A stretch of 64,000 nucleotides of DNA, taken from positions 60,202-124,201 of the forward strand of contig NZ_JAYWHI010000031.1 in NCBI RefSeq assembly GCF_043778355.1. The letters run 5' to 3'. The position numbers were made by a program, and so were the translations under genes. Positions 50,016 through 60,375 of this stretch are shown piece after piece. The stretch comes from Polaromonas sp. GTDB taxonomy: Bacteria; Pseudomonadota; Gammaproteobacteria; Burkholderiales; Burkholderiaceae_C. The notes below the pieces were generated by a model. It had not been told where the DNA came from. It saw only the letters and a program-made list of their open reading frames with translations, and searched no databases. Position 1 is the stretch's first letter, and every line of letters starts with the position of its first letter.

Positions 50016-50321
50016 CTAGTCCACGCCAAAACGCTGCCTGAACGCCGAGCAGAAATGGGCGCTGCCGCTGATGGACACAGTCAGCACATGCCAGGGCGGT
50101 GATGCGCCATCGGACTGCTCCTGCAGGTCGACATCCCACTCGCCACCTTCGTCCCGTGGTGCGCACTGTCCGGCAAACGCGGTGTCGGCCCAGCGCAGCA
50201 CTTCCGCGATGTCAGCACGAACCGCGTCAAGCTGTGCTGGCCGCACCGAAGCCATGGCGTCGAAGCTCCCACCACCCTGCGAGTCCTCGCTGTATTCGAA
50301 GTCAAGAAACTGCAGACTCAT
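50016..50321 (-). CDS. Small acidic hypothetical protein
   Basis: Overlaps the upstream stop by 4 bp (translational coupling); YLDFEYSED-like start and GGSFDAMASV. Confidence 0.65.
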   Translation of the reverse strand: MSLQFLDFEYSEDSQGGGSFDAMASVRPAQLDAVRADIAEVLRWADTAFAGQCAPRDEGGEWDVDLQEQSDGASPPWHVLTVSISGSAHFCSAFRQRFGVD

Positions 50322-50668
50322 CCGCCGGGTTCGGGGTCCTGCACGGCCGCCTCGCCGCCCTGTTGTTCCCCGTCCAGCGGGCGCGGTCGATGCGTGCGCC
50401 GGCCCGCTTTGGCCAGCATTTCCAGGTAAAAGGCTTCGGCGCCCTCTTTGGCAGCGGCATCAACCAGCGGCAGGATGGTCGCGAAGTGGACCACCTCGGC
50501 TGTGCCTTCGCTGGTGCCAAAGCGGCAGTCGAAGTCCCAGAAGTCCACGCCCTCGGGCAGCGGCACGCGGCGCTGCCGCTTGACGTATTTGCGGATGTCG
50601 TGTTTGACCGCGTCCAGCACGCGATCCCGGTTTTTGCCTTCGATATTGAGCTTGAATGTCTTTTTCAC
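50318..50668 (-). CDS. DUF6172-like protein
   Basis: MKKTFKL..KHDIRKYVKRQRR..LPEGVDFWDFDCRFG recalled from the family. Confidence 0.7.
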   Translation of the reverse strand: MKKTFKLNIEGKNRDRVLDAVKHDIRKYVKRQRRVPLPEGVDFWDFDCRFGTSEGTAEVVHFATILPLVDAAAKEGAEAFYLEMLAKAGRRTHRPRPLDGEQQGGEAAVQDPEPGG

Positions 50669-50824
50669 GGATGCCTTGAAGTCGATTGTTGACCGGCTCC
50701 TGAAAAGGGCCGGTTCGCCATCTGTCGATTATGCGGCTTGCCCTGCTGGGCGGCGGCGCTGGCGGGCTTAAACTGGGTGCTTGCGCGGCCTGTTCCGGCC
50801 CCTGCACCTCACAAAGCCCTGCTC

Positions 50825-52090
50825 ATGCCATTTTCATCCCTGGGCTTGTCCCCGGCCCTGCTGCGCGCCGTCAGCGCCAGGGATTACCAAACGCCCACCG
50901 CCATCCAGGCGGCCGCCATTCCGGCCGTGCTGCAGGGTCGCGACGTGCTGGCTTCGGCGCAGACCGGCTCGGGCAAAACCGCCGCCTTTGCGCTGCCGCT
51001 GCTGCAACTGCTGCAGCAGACGCCCAGCGACAAACCACGGCGCGTTCGCCTGCTGGTGATGGTGCCAACACGCGAACTGGCTGCGCAGGTCGGCGAAGAA
51101 ATACGCAACCTCGGGCAACACTTGCCGCAGGCGCTCAAGGTCGCCATTGTTTTCGGCGGCGTGTCCATCAACCCGCAGATGATGAATCTGCGCGGCGGCG
51201 CCGACATCGTGGTGGCGACACCGGGCCGGCTGCTGGACCTGGCCGACCACAACGCAGTGGTTCTCTCGGGCGTGGCGGCGCTGGTGCTTGACGAGGCCGA
51301 CCGCCTGCTGGACCTCGGTTTTTCCGAGGAACTGAACCGTATCCTCGTGCTGCTGCCGGCACAGCGGCAAAACCTGTTTTTCTCGGCGACCTTTCCGCTG
51401 GCTGTACAGGCATTGGCGCAGGGCCTGCTGCGCGACCCCGTGCATATCAACGCGCCGGCCGAGCCTGAAGGCGAACCAGACATCGCGCAGCGCGCGATTG
51501 CGGTTGATCCGGGCCGGCGCACACAGTTGCTGCGGCACCTGATCACACAAAACGCCTGGCGCCGGGTGCTGGTGTTTGTGGCCACCAAACACGCCGCCGA
51601 AATCGTCGCCGACAAACTGCGCAAGGCTAGGATTTATGCCGAGCCCTTCCATGGCGAGCTGAGCCAGGGCAAACGCACGCAGGTGCTGGCTGACTTCAAG
51701 GCCTCGCGGCTCAAGGTGGTGGTCGCCACCGATGTCGCCTCACGCGGCATCGACATCGCGCAGTTGCCGGTGGTCATCAACTACGACCTGCCGCGCTCGG
51801 CGCAGGACTACATCCACCGCATCGGCCGCACCGGGCGCGCCGGCGAGAGCGGTCTGGCCGTGAGTTTTGTCAGCGCCGGCACCGAAGCGCATTTCCGGCT
51901 GATCGAAAAACGCCAGGGTGTCAGCCTGCCGCTGGAGCAGGTCGAAGGCTTTGAGCCGCTGCCAACTGCGATCAGCGTGACGCCAGCCAGCGCGGCGTCC
52001 GCCAACGGCGGCATCAAGGGCAAACGCCCGAGCAAAAAGGACAAATTGCGGGCTGCGGCTGCCGCCGCCGGCGACGGCAGCGAAGCCTGA
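50825..52090 (+). CDS. DEAD-box RNA helicase (RhlE-like)
   Basis: Q motif PTAIQ, AQTGSGKT, PTREL, TPGRL, DEAD, SAT, HRIGRTGR; start trimmed to ATG 50825. Confidence 0.92.
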   Translation: MPFSSLGLSPALLRAVSARDYQTPTAIQAAAIPAVLQGRDVLASAQTGSGKTAAFALPLLQLLQQTPSDKPRRVRLLVMVPTRELAAQVGEEIRNLGQHLPQALKVAIVFGGVSINPQMMNLRGGADIVVATPGRLLDLADHNAVVLSGVAALVLDEADRLLDLGFSEELNRILVLLPAQRQNLFFSATFPLAVQALAQGLLRDPVHINAPAEPEGEPDIAQRAIAVDPGRRTQLLRHLITQNAWRRVLVFVATKHAAEIVADKLRKARIYAEPFHGELSQGKRTQVLADFKASRLKVVVATDVASRGIDIAQLPVVINYDLPRSAQDYIHRIGRTGRAGESGLAVSFVSAGTEAHFRLIEKRQGVSLPLEQVEGFEPLPTAISVTPASAASANGGIKGKRPSKKDKLRAAAAAAGDGSEA

Positions 52091-52098
52091 GGGCCTGC

Positions 52099-52344
52099 TC
52101 AGTCGCCAGCGTCCACCCGCGCATGGACACTGGTGATGGCATACCCTTTTTCACCGATCTGCTGCTCCAGTCCGGTGATCGCGTATTTGCCGAGTTGCTC
52201 GGCATGCGCGCCACCTTCGAGTCCACGGGCTTCGGTCTCCCAGTCGGTGTTGGTGGCTTCCTCGGGAATCACCCGACCCTCGGGCACGGCCAGATACGAA
52301 TAACGGTGCCCCGATTCGGCACGGCGGTAAATGTCCAATCGCAT
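52099..52344 (-). CDS. DUF6139-like small protein
   Basis: MRLDIYRRAE..SYLAVPEG..IPEEATNTDW..GYAIT recalled from the family. Confidence 0.65.
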   Translation of the reverse strand: MRLDIYRRAESGHRYSYLAVPEGRVIPEEATNTDWETEARGLEGGAHAEQLGKYAITGLEQQIGEKGYAITSVHARVDAGD

Positions 52345-52463
52345 GCTTGCTCCTTTGCGCTAGCTGGGCAGCCCACCTTAGCGGACTGCGACGCCAGCGC
52401 TGTAGGAGAAACCCGCATTCGCAATTCGAGGCACCTGTGAAGCACCCGTGCCCTGTCACCCTA

Positions 52464-52530
52464 CGCTCTGTTTTTGATAGCTGCCTACCCTTGTGGAACA
52501 TGGGCCACAGGCCATTTTTATCCAGATATT
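52464..52530 (+). repeat. ~65-bp dispersed repeat (TGCTAT..ATAGC family), copy 5
   Basis: ..TTTTTGATAGCTGCCTACCC..GGGCCACAGGCCATTTT. Confidence 0.65.
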
Positions 52531-52655
52531 GACAATACACGGCTCCGCGCACAGCTACCCACCCCAGACGCCCAGGTGACCGCTTGCCCCGGCCGTCCGC
52601 GCTAAGCTGCGCCGCATCGGGCTGAGATCCAGCCCCCCACGACAAGGAGCACAGC

Positions 52656-53420
52656 ATGCAAGATCTTTTTTCCCTGCAGGGCCGCACCGCGTTGATCACC
52701 GGCGGATCGCGCGGCATAGGCCGCATGATTGCCGCGGGTTTTCTGGCGCAGGGCGCTCGCGTTTACATTTCGGCACGTAAAGCGGCCGCTTGCGACCAGA
52801 CCGCCAAAGAACTCTCCAGCCAGGGCCACTGCGTCTCACTTCCATCCGACGTGTCCACCCAGGAAGGCATCGCCGGCCTGGTCGCCGCGTTTTCAAGGCA
52901 TGAAAGTCAGCTCGACATCCTGGTCAACAACGCCGGCGCGGCCTGGGGCGCACCGTTTGCCGAGTTTCCCGAAAGCGGCTGGGACAAGGTCGTGGACCTG
53001 AACCTCAAGACGCCCTTTTTCCTGACCCAGGCGCTGGCACCGCTGCTGCGAAAGGCGGCTGCGCAGCGGCCGGCCAAGGTCATCAACATCGCCTCCATCG
53101 ACGGCATTTCAGTCAATCCGATGGAAACCTATTCCTACGCGGCCAGCAAGGCCGGTCTGATCCAGCTCACGCGCCGCATGGCGCTGCGCCTGATCGAGGA
53201 CAACATTGTCGTGACCGCCATCGCGCCAGGGGCTTTTGCCTCCGACATGAACAAGGACGCGCGCGACCATGGCAAGGCGGTGGCAGCCCGCGTTCCCGCC
53301 GGTCGCGTTGGTGAAGACGCCGACATGGCTGGCGCTGCGATTTACCTGGCCTCGCGTGCCGGCGACTACGTGGTCGGCTCCACGCTGGTGGTTGATGGCG
53401 GGGTCACCCACGCGCGTTGA
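52656..53420 (+). CDS. Short-chain dehydrogenase/reductase
   Basis: TGGSRGIG, NNAG, YAASK. Confidence 0.92.
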   Translation: MQDLFSLQGRTALITGGSRGIGRMIAAGFLAQGARVYISARKAAACDQTAKELSSQGHCVSLPSDVSTQEGIAGLVAAFSRHESQLDILVNNAGAAWGAPFAEFPESGWDKVVDLNLKTPFFLTQALAPLLRKAAAQRPAKVINIASIDGISVNPMETYSYAASKAGLIQLTRRMALRLIEDNIVVTAIAPGAFASDMNKDARDHGKAVAARVPAGRVGEDADMAGAAIYLASRAGDYVVGSTLVVDGGVTHAR

Positions 53421-53590
53421 GCCATCGTTCAGCAGCGCCCAAGGCCGTCATTTTTTGCCCTCAAAACACTGCAAGTAAAACTACCTAAGTCCTAACCCGC
53501 TGGCGCCGGCCATCGCAACTCGTTAGCATCCCCCTTTCTTGTGGCGGACCTGCGCGTTCGCTGATTCGATTTAAATAGCCGGAGAGCAAT

Positions 53591-54364
53591 TTGCCAGCGG
53601 AGTTCATTCTTGAGACGCGGGGTTTGACCAAGGAATTCAAGGGATTCGTGGCCGTCAACCAGGTGGACCTGAAAGTCCAGCGCGGGCACATTCACGCCCT
53701 GATCGGACCCAACGGCGCCGGCAAGACGACTTTCTTCAACTTGCTGACCAAATTTCTGCACCCGACATCGGGCACCATTCTTTTCAACGGCAGCGACATC
53801 ACGACCGAGCAGCCGGCCCAGACGGCGCGGCGCGGCATCGTGCGTTCGTTCCAGATTTCGGCCGTTTTTCCGCACATGACGGTGCTGGAGAACGTGCGTG
53901 CCGCGCTGCAGCGCAACCTCGGCACCTCGTTTCACTTCTGGAAAGCCGAAAGCACGCTGTTTCATCTGCATGCACGGGCGCGCCAGTTGCTGGCCGAGGT
54001 CGATTTGCAGGACTTCGCCGACGAGCTGACCGTCAACCTGCCTTACGGCCGCAAACGCGCGCTGGAGCTCGCCACCACACTGGCACTGGAGCCCGAGCTG
54101 ATGCTGCTGGACGAACCGACCCAGGGCATGGGCCACGAAGACGTGGACCGCGTGACGCAACTGATCAAACAGGTATCGACCGGTCGCACCATCCTGATGG
54201 TGGAGCACAACATGAACGTGGTGGCCTCGATTGCCGACCGCATCACGGTGCTGCAGCGCGGCGCCATCATTGCCGACGGCCCCTATGCCGATGTCTCGAA
54301 AAATCCGCTGGTGATCGAGGCCTACATGGGCACAGCCAACACCGAGTTGCAAGGGGCTCATTGA
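53591..54364 (+). CDS. Branched-chain amino acid ABC ATPase LivG-like
   Basis: GPNGAGKT, LPYGRKR, DEPT; TTG start with GGAGAG RBS. Confidence 0.92.
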   Translation: MPAEFILETRGLTKEFKGFVAVNQVDLKVQRGHIHALIGPNGAGKTTFFNLLTKFLHPTSGTILFNGSDITTEQPAQTARRGIVRSFQISAVFPHMTVLENVRAALQRNLGTSFHFWKAESTLFHLHARARQLLAEVDLQDFADELTVNLPYGRKRALELATTLALEPELMLLDEPTQGMGHEDVDRVTQLIKQVSTGRTILMVEHNMNVVASIADRITVLQRGAIIADGPYADVSKNPLVIEAYMGTANTELQGAH

Positions 54365-55068
54365 TGTCGAAGGAACTCCTGAAAATCGAGGACCTGCACG
54401 CCTGGTATGGTGAATCGCATGTGCTGCACGGCGTCAACCTGACCGTGCACGAAGGCGAAGTCGTCACCCTGCTGGGGCGCAACGGCGCCGGTCGCACCAC
54501 CACCATGCGCGCCATCGTCGGCCTGACCGGCACCCGCAAAGGCTCAATTCGCATCCAGGGCGAAGAAACCATCAAACTGCCGCCGCACAAGGTCGCGCGT
54601 TTGGGCGTCGGCTATTGCCCTGAAGAACGCGGCATCTTCGCCAGCCTGACGGCCGAGGAGAACCTGATGCTGCCGCCGACCATTGGACCGGGGGGCATGA
54701 GCCTGGACGAGATCTACGACATGTTCCCCAACCTGAAGGAGCGCGCGTCCAGCCCCGGCACACGCCTGTCCGGCGGCGAGCAGCAGATGCTGGCGGTCGC
54801 GCGCATCCTGCGCACCGGCGCCCGCCTGCTGCTGCTTGATGAAATTTCTGAAGGCCTGGCGCCAGTCATCGTGCAAAAGCTCGGCGAGATGATTCTCACG
54901 CTCAAGGCCAAGGGTTACACCATCGTGCTGGTCGAGCAGAATTTCCGCTTTGCCGCACCGCTGGCCGACCGTTTTTATGTGATGGAGCACGGCACCATCG
55001 TCAAACAGTTTGCCCAGAATGAGTTGACCCAGAACATGGGCATGCTGCAGGAATACCTGGGTGTCTGA
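54361..55068 (+). CDS. Branched-chain amino acid ABC ATPase LivF-like
   Basis: GRNGAGRT, LSGGEQQML, DEISEG. Confidence 0.92.
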   Translation: MMSKELLKIEDLHAWYGESHVLHGVNLTVHEGEVVTLLGRNGAGRTTTMRAIVGLTGTRKGSIRIQGEETIKLPPHKVARLGVGYCPEERGIFASLTAEENLMLPPTIGPGGMSLDEIYDMFPNLKERASSPGTRLSGGEQQMLAVARILRTGARLLLLDEISEGLAPVIVQKLGEMILTLKAKGYTIVLVEQNFRFAAPLADRFYVMEHGTIVKQFAQNELTQNMGMLQEYLGV

Positions 55069-55129
55069 CAAGCGTCCGCTCCACCCCTCACCCTATTTTC
55101 CGCTTTCGACCACAACCCAAGGAGACCCC

Positions 55130-56323
55130 ATGAAACTCAAGACCCTCGTTGCCGCACTGGCCATAGGCTTCGGCGCCGCTGCTTACGCGCAGAACACCGG
55201 CCCCGTGAAGATAGGCTTCATCACCGACATGTCCAGCCTGTACGCCGATATCGACGGCCCTGCCGGCGGTGAAATGATCAAATGGGCGGCACAGGATTTC
55301 GGCGGCAAGGTGCTGGGCCGTCCGATCGAAGTGCTGACAGCCGACCACCAGAACAAAGCCGACGTCGCCAGCTCCAAGGCCCGCGAATGGATCGACAAGG
55401 ACGGCCTGTCCATGCTGATGGGTGGCACCAGCTCGGGCACTGCACTGGCCATGTCCAAGGTCGCGTCCGAAAAGAAGCGCCCCTTCATCGTGATCGGTGC
55501 CGGTTCGGCCCGTCTGACCAACGAAGACTGCTCGCCTTACACCGTGCATTACGCCTACGACACCGTGGCGCTGGCCAAGGTTGCCGGCAATGCCCTGGTC
55601 AAGGCCGGCAACAAGAACTGGTTTTTCCTGACGGCTGACTATGCCTTCGGTTATTCGCTTGAAGGTGACGCCTCCACCGTGGTCAAGGCCAATGGCGGCA
55701 CCGTCGCCGGCGCCGTGCGGCATCCGCTGAACGCTTCCGACTTCTCGTCCTTCCTGCTGCAGGCGCAGTCGTCCAAAGCCCAGATCCTGGGCCTGGCCAA
55801 CGCCGGCGGCGACTTCACCAACGCGATGAAGGCCGCCAAGGAATTCGGCATCAACAAGACCATGAAGGTCGCCGGCCTGCTGGTGTTCATCAACGACGTG
55901 CACAGCCTGGGTCTGGCCAATACGCAGGGTCTGCAGCTCGCCGACAGCTGGTACTGGAACCAGGACGATGCCTCGCGCAAGTTTGCCAAGCGTTTCTTTG
56001 ACAAGTACAAGCGCATGCCGTCCAGCCTGCAGGCAGCCGACTATTCGGCCGCAACGCAGTACCTGAACGCCGTCAAGACCGCCGGTACGACCGACGCCGA
56101 CAAGGTGATGTCCACGCTCAAGGGCATGAAGATCGACGATTTTTACAACAAGGGCCAGATCCGCGCCGACGGCCGCATGATCCACGACATGTACCTGTTT
56201 GAAGTCAAGTCGAGCAAGGAATCGACCACACCGTGGGACTACTACAAGACAGTCGCCAAGATACCGGGCGACCAGGCCTTCACCACCCTGGCCGACTCCA
56301 AGTGCGCGCTGGTCAAAAAGTAA
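55130..56323 (+). CDS. Liv-type ABC substrate-binding protein
   Basis: Signal peptide, ADHQNKADVA, FLTADYAFG, RADGR; start trimmed to ATG 55130 with GGAG RBS. Confidence 0.92.
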   Translation: MKLKTLVAALAIGFGAAAYAQNTGPVKIGFITDMSSLYADIDGPAGGEMIKWAAQDFGGKVLGRPIEVLTADHQNKADVASSKAREWIDKDGLSMLMGGTSSGTALAMSKVASEKKRPFIVIGAGSARLTNEDCSPYTVHYAYDTVALAKVAGNALVKAGNKNWFFLTADYAFGYSLEGDASTVVKANGGTVAGAVRHPLNASDFSSFLLQAQSSKAQILGLANAGGDFTNAMKAAKEFGINKTMKVAGLLVFINDVHSLGLANTQGLQLADSWYWNQDDASRKFAKRFFDKYKRMPSSLQAADYSAATQYLNAVKTAGTTDADKVMSTLKGMKIDDFYNKGQIRADGRMIHDMYLFEVKSSKESTTPWDYYKTVAKIPGDQAFTTLADSKCALVKK

Positions 56324-56334
56324 GCTAAGCCAAG

Positions 56335-56370
56335 GTGGCCGGTCGCGTTGCGGCCGGCCACTTCTGTTTT
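56335..56370 (+). terminator. Hairpin/terminator after the SBP gene
   Basis: GTGGCCGGTCGC-GTT-GCGGCCGGCCAC followed by a T-rich tract. Confidence 0.6.
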
Positions 56371-56419
56371 ATTCGTTTTTAACGTCCTTATTCTCTCGCG
56401 CGTGAACTGACGGGTCTCC

Positions 56420-57304
56420 ATGGAAATTTTCGGCATTCCCCACCAAGCCTTTCTCGGCCAGCTGATGCTGGGTCTGGTCAACGGCGCGTTCTACGCCATG
56501 CTCAGCCTGGGCCTGGCGGTTATCTTCGGCCTGTTGGACATCGTCAACTTCGCGCATGGCGCGCTCTACATGCTGGGCGCCTTTGCCGCCTGGATCATGC
56601 TCGACAAATGGGGGGTGAACTACTGGTTCGCCTTGATCCTTGCCCCGCTCGTCGTCGGCATTCTCGGCGTCGTGATCGAGCGCCTTTTTTTGAAACACCT
56701 GTACGGGCTGGACCCTTTGTACGGCCTGTTACTGACATTCGGTCTGTCACTGATTCTCGAAGGCATTTTCCGCGAACTGTACGGCGTCTCCGGCCAGTCC
56801 TACAACGTCCCCGAGCTGCTGTCGGGCGCCACCAACCTCGGCTTCATGATCCTGCCCAACTACCGCGCCTGGGTGGTGCTGGTTTCGCTGGTGGTCTGCC
56901 TGGGCACCTGGTACCTGATTGAACGCACCAGGCTGGGCGCCTACCTGCGCGCCGGCACTGAAAATGCCGCCTTGGTGCAGGCCTTCGGCATCAACGTGCC
57001 GCTGATGGTGATGCTGACCTACGGCGCCGGCGCCGCTTTGGCCGGACTGGCTGGCGTGCTGGCCGCGCCCATCATCCAGGTCAACCCGCTGATGGGTTCG
57101 AACCTGATCATCGTGGTGTTTGCCGTCGTGGTCATCGGCGGCATGGGCTCCATCATGGGTTCCATCCTGACCGGCCTCGGACTGGGCATTGTCGAAGGGC
57201 TGACACGGGTGTTCTACCCGGAAGCTTCCAGCATCGTGGTGTTCGTCGTCATGGTGATCGTACTGATGATCCGGCCAGCCGGGCTGTTCGGCAAAGAGGC
57301 ATGA
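56420..57304 (+). CDS. LivH-like permease
   Basis: NFAHGALYM, GGMGS motifs. Confidence 0.9.
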   Translation: MEIFGIPHQAFLGQLMLGLVNGAFYAMLSLGLAVIFGLLDIVNFAHGALYMLGAFAAWIMLDKWGVNYWFALILAPLVVGILGVVIERLFLKHLYGLDPLYGLLLTFGLSLILEGIFRELYGVSGQSYNVPELLSGATNLGFMILPNYRAWVVLVSLVVCLGTWYLIERTRLGAYLRAGTENAALVQAFGINVPLMVMLTYGAGAALAGLAGVLAAPIIQVNPLMGSNLIIVVFAVVVIGGMGSIMGSILTGLGLGIVEGLTRVFYPEASSIVVFVVMVIVLMIRPAGLFGKEA

Positions 57305-58308
57305 CCATGACCACAACCATCCAACCCACCGCCTACGACAAACTGATGACCCGCGCCGCCAAGCTGACACGCATCACCTACATTGCGCTGTTGATCCTCG
57401 CGCTGATCGCGCCCATGCTGGGGCTGTACCCGGTGTTTGTCATGAAGCTGCTGTGCTTCGCGATTTTTGCCTGCGCTTTCAACCTGCTGCTGGGCTTCAC
57501 CGGCCTGCTGTCTTTCGGCCATGCGGCATTTTTCGGTTCGGCCGCCTATGTCACCGGCTGGTTCATCAAGTCGCAGGCATGGACACCCGAACTGGCGATT
57601 GCAGCCGGTGTGCTGGCCTCTGGCCTGCTCGGTCTGATGGTCGGCGCCGTCGCCATCCGTCGTCAGGGGATCTACTTCGCCATGATCACACTGGCGATCG
57701 CGCAGATGATCTACTTTGTCTGCCTGCAGGCGTCCTTTACCGGGGGCGAAGACGGACTGCAGGGCGTACCGCGCGGCGCCTTGTTCGGCATGTTCTCTCT
57801 TGGATCCGACACCGCGATGTATTACCTGGTCGTTGCCGTCTTTGTGGCCTGCTTCCTGTTCATCTCGCGCGTCGTGCACTCGCCCTTCGGCCAGGTACTC
57901 AAGATGATCCGTGAAAACGAGCCGCGCGCCATCTCGCTGGGCTACAACGTCGACCGTTACAAGCTGCTGGCTTTCGTGCTGTCCGCCGCGCTGGCGGGTC
58001 TGGCCGGCTCGCTCAAAACCCTGGTGATGGGTTTTGCCACCCTGTCGGACGTGCACTGGTCCATGTCGGGCGAGGTCATCCTGATGACCCTGCTGGGCGG
58101 CGTCGGCACCTTCTTCGGACCGGTGTTCGGCGCGGGCATCGTGATCTCGCTGCAGAACCTGCTGGCCGACAAGGTCGGCTCCTGGGTCACCGTGATCATC
58201 GGCGTCATTTTCGTGATCTGCGTGCTGGCCTTCCGCAAAGGGGTGGTCGGCGAACTGCAGGCCTGGATGGAGCGGCGTCGGCGCGCTGCGATCACGCCAA
58301 GCGCCTGA
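57301..58308 (+). CDS. LivM-like permease
   Basis: SFGHAAFFG, IRENEPRA..LGY, LLGGVGT. Confidence 0.9.
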   Translation: MTMTTTIQPTAYDKLMTRAAKLTRITYIALLILALIAPMLGLYPVFVMKLLCFAIFACAFNLLLGFTGLLSFGHAAFFGSAAYVTGWFIKSQAWTPELAIAAGVLASGLLGLMVGAVAIRRQGIYFAMITLAIAQMIYFVCLQASFTGGEDGLQGVPRGALFGMFSLGSDTAMYYLVVAVFVACFLFISRVVHSPFGQVLKMIRENEPRAISLGYNVDRYKLLAFVLSAALAGLAGSLKTLVMGFATLSDVHWSMSGEVILMTLLGGVGTFFGPVFGAGIVISLQNLLADKVGSWVTVIIGVIFVICVLAFRKGVVGELQAWMERRRRAAITPSA

Positions 58309-58356
58309 CAACCCGCGCGCCCTTCTCTTGCCCAGCCGGCGCAAAACTGGCTTCGG

Positions 58357-58421
58357 CCTGTCATGAGCTCGTCGAAGGACCGCGCCGCAGGCGCATCCTT
58401 CGAAACGCTCAGAACGAACGG
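58357..58421. repeat. Palindromic repeat of the TGAGC.TGTCGAAGGA..TCCTTCGA.A.GCTCAG.ACGAACGG type
   Basis: Imperfect inverted arms TGAGCTCGTCGAAGGA / TCCTTCGAAACGCTCA between convergent genes. Confidence 0.65.
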
Positions 58422-58446
58422 AAAACTCGGTGAGCCAACGTGGGGC

Positions 58447-59319
58447 CTAATCGTCCACGCCTGCTGTCGACAGCGCTTCGTTGGTATGTTCGGGCAGTAC
58501 CAGGTTACCGCCATCGTCGGGCAGGGCCTCGATGCTGATCACCGGCGCTGAAGAACTGACACCCCCGAACATCGTGGCAAACGCAGCCGACGCTGCGTCG
58601 CGGCCGGTGGCAAACCGGACGAACCCCATGGGAATCGCCGTGCCCGAGGGATCAAACAGGTACCAGCGATGCCCCACATACACCTCCACGTAAGCGTGGA
58701 AGTCGGTCGGGCCCAGCGCCGGGTCGGCGCCGTAGTCGATGCCGCTGACAAAACGCGCCGGGATGTTGACCGCGCGGCACAGCGCAATCATCAGGTGCGC
58801 AAAGTCGCGGCAGACGCCAGCTTCGTCGATCAGCGTGTCCACCGCCGTGGTGTAGCCGGTCGAACTGTTGGAGGTGAAGGTCACGCGCTGGTTGACCCAG
58901 TCGCGAATCGCCAGCACCCGGCTGTAACCCTGGCGCAGGTGGCCGAATTCCTTGACCGCGAGCCGGTGCAGCCGGTCGGACTGGCAATAACGGCTGGGGT
59001 AGAGGTAAGGCAAGACCTGGCCGGGCAGCTGCAACACGCCAATCTCGGACAGGTTGTCTGGCGACTCGCGGAAGTGGTGCACATCCACTGTCGCTGCGTA
59101 GTTCACCGTCAGCGCTCCCGGCGCTGCATGAAAGCGCAGGTAGCGGTTGTGGCTGACAGCGTCGGTATGGATGTCGGGCTGCAACACCTGGCTGATGCCC
59201 AGGGTCTCATACACCACGACCTGCTGGCGCGTCTGCGCCGCGTGGATGTTGAACACAAAGTCGCACCCGGCGTCGGCCACCTGGTATGCGAGTTCAATCG
59301 AAAATTTAAGCCTGACCAT
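58447..59319 (-). CDS. Transglutaminase-like protein
   Basis: YLYPSRYCQSD, GVCRDFAHL (catalytic Cys), DFHAYVEVY, FDPS, GRDA. Confidence 0.9.
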   Translation of the reverse strand: MVRLKFSIELAYQVADAGCDFVFNIHAAQTRQQVVVYETLGISQVLQPDIHTDAVSHNRYLRFHAAPGALTVNYAATVDVHHFRESPDNLSEIGVLQLPGQVLPYLYPSRYCQSDRLHRLAVKEFGHLRQGYSRVLAIRDWVNQRVTFTSNSSTGYTTAVDTLIDEAGVCRDFAHLMIALCRAVNIPARFVSGIDYGADPALGPTDFHAYVEVYVGHRWYLFDPSGTAIPMGFVRFATGRDAASAAFATMFGGVSSSAPVISIEALPDDGGNLVLPEHTNEALSTAGVDD

Positions 59320-59570
59320 GGGGAGCTTCCTGAAAAGGTGCGGCAGCCAGCAGGCGCTGGGTGCAAAAATTGAGAGGGAAAAAGGGTGAGGTGCGAAAAC
59401 GGCAGCAGCCGCCGCGGCCGGGCATCACCGCCCGAGATTGATTGTGAAGACAAACAATGACCCTGCCGCCAACTCGCGGCAGCGCCCCATAAAGGGCTGC
59501 CACCGCGCCTGACACGCGCGCAGCACCTCCGCCTACAGACGGTTGGAGCCCGTCCCGAGGAGCTTCTATT

Positions 59571-59637
59571 TACTCTCTTTTTTATAGCTACCGACTCAAT
59601 CCAGGAAAGGGCTGACGCCCCATCTGGATCAGAATTC
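59571..59637 (+). repeat. ~65-bp dispersed repeat (TGCTAT..ATAGC family), degenerate copy 6
   Basis: ..TTTTTTTATAGCTACCGAC..AAGGGCTGACGCCCCAT..; ends at the SDR stop codon. Confidence 0.5.
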
Positions 59638-60375
59638 TCAAAAAGGCAAGGTCTGCCCGCGGTAGTCCACAAGAGCCCCGGTTGACGCCGGCGCCAGACC
59701 GGCAAGCACCGCCAGCAAATCGCCGGCAGCTTCCTGCGGCGGTCGCACGGTGAGCCCGGTTTTGGCGAAGGGCTGGCTCAGCGGCGTGTCCACCGTGCCG
59801 GGATGCAGCGCCACACAAATGCTTTCCCGGTTGCTGCGCGTGAGCTCGATGGCCGCGGTCTTGACCAGCTGGTTCAGCGCCGCCTTCGATGCGCGGTAGC
59901 CATACCAGCCGCCCAGCGCGTTGTCGCCGATGCTGCCAACCCGTGCCGACACAAAGCCGGCCACGCAGCGCCCCTGCCGCGGCAGCAGCGGGAAGAAATG
60001 TTTGATCAGAAGCGCCGGTCCGACCGTGTTGACCAAAAAAACATGTTGCAGGTAAGCGGCATCAAGGTGACGCCAACCGCGTTCAGGCTGACCCTGCTGC
60101 CCGTGCAGGAAACCGGTCGCAACCAGCAGCAGGCGCAAAGCGAGCCCGGACTCGGCGCAGAGGCCGGCGACGGCCTGGGCGCCAGCGGCGATGCTGCTCT
60201 CGTCTGCGTAGTCGAGGTGGATCTCGCTCGCGCGCCCCAGGCTCACAACCTGGTCGTAACGCCCCGCGTGCTGCAGTTGCGCCACCAAAGCCGCGCCCAG
60301 CCCGCCGCCGGCGCCCACCACCACGGCCAGCCCTGATCGGCCCGGCCCGTCGCTTGTGGCGGGGCTGCCGCTCAC
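59638..60375 (-). CDS. SDR oxidoreductase, C-factor (CsgA)-like
   Basis: GAGGGLG, SARVGSIGDNALGGWYGYRASKAALN, ALHPGTVDT; GTG start at 60375 overlaps the dbpA stop (GTGA). Confidence 0.85.
   Translation of the reverse strand: MSGSPATSDGPGRSGLAVVVGAGGGLGAALVAQLQHAGRYDQVVSLGRASEIHLDYADESSIAAGAQAVAGLCAESGLALRLLLVATGFLHGQQGQPERGWRHLDAAYLQHVFLVNTVGPALLIKHFFPLLPRQGRCVAGFVSARVGSIGDNALGGWYGYRASKAALNQLVKTAAIELTRSNRESICVALHPGTVDTPLSQPFAKTGLTVRPPQEAAGDLLAVLAGLAPASTGALVDYRGQTLPF

Noticed and set aside
59330-59570. 240-bp GC-rich leader upstream of the transglutaminase gene as a riboswitch or ncRNA
   Set aside because: Several short hairpins, but no riboswitch consensus that I recognise; an Rfam scan would be needed
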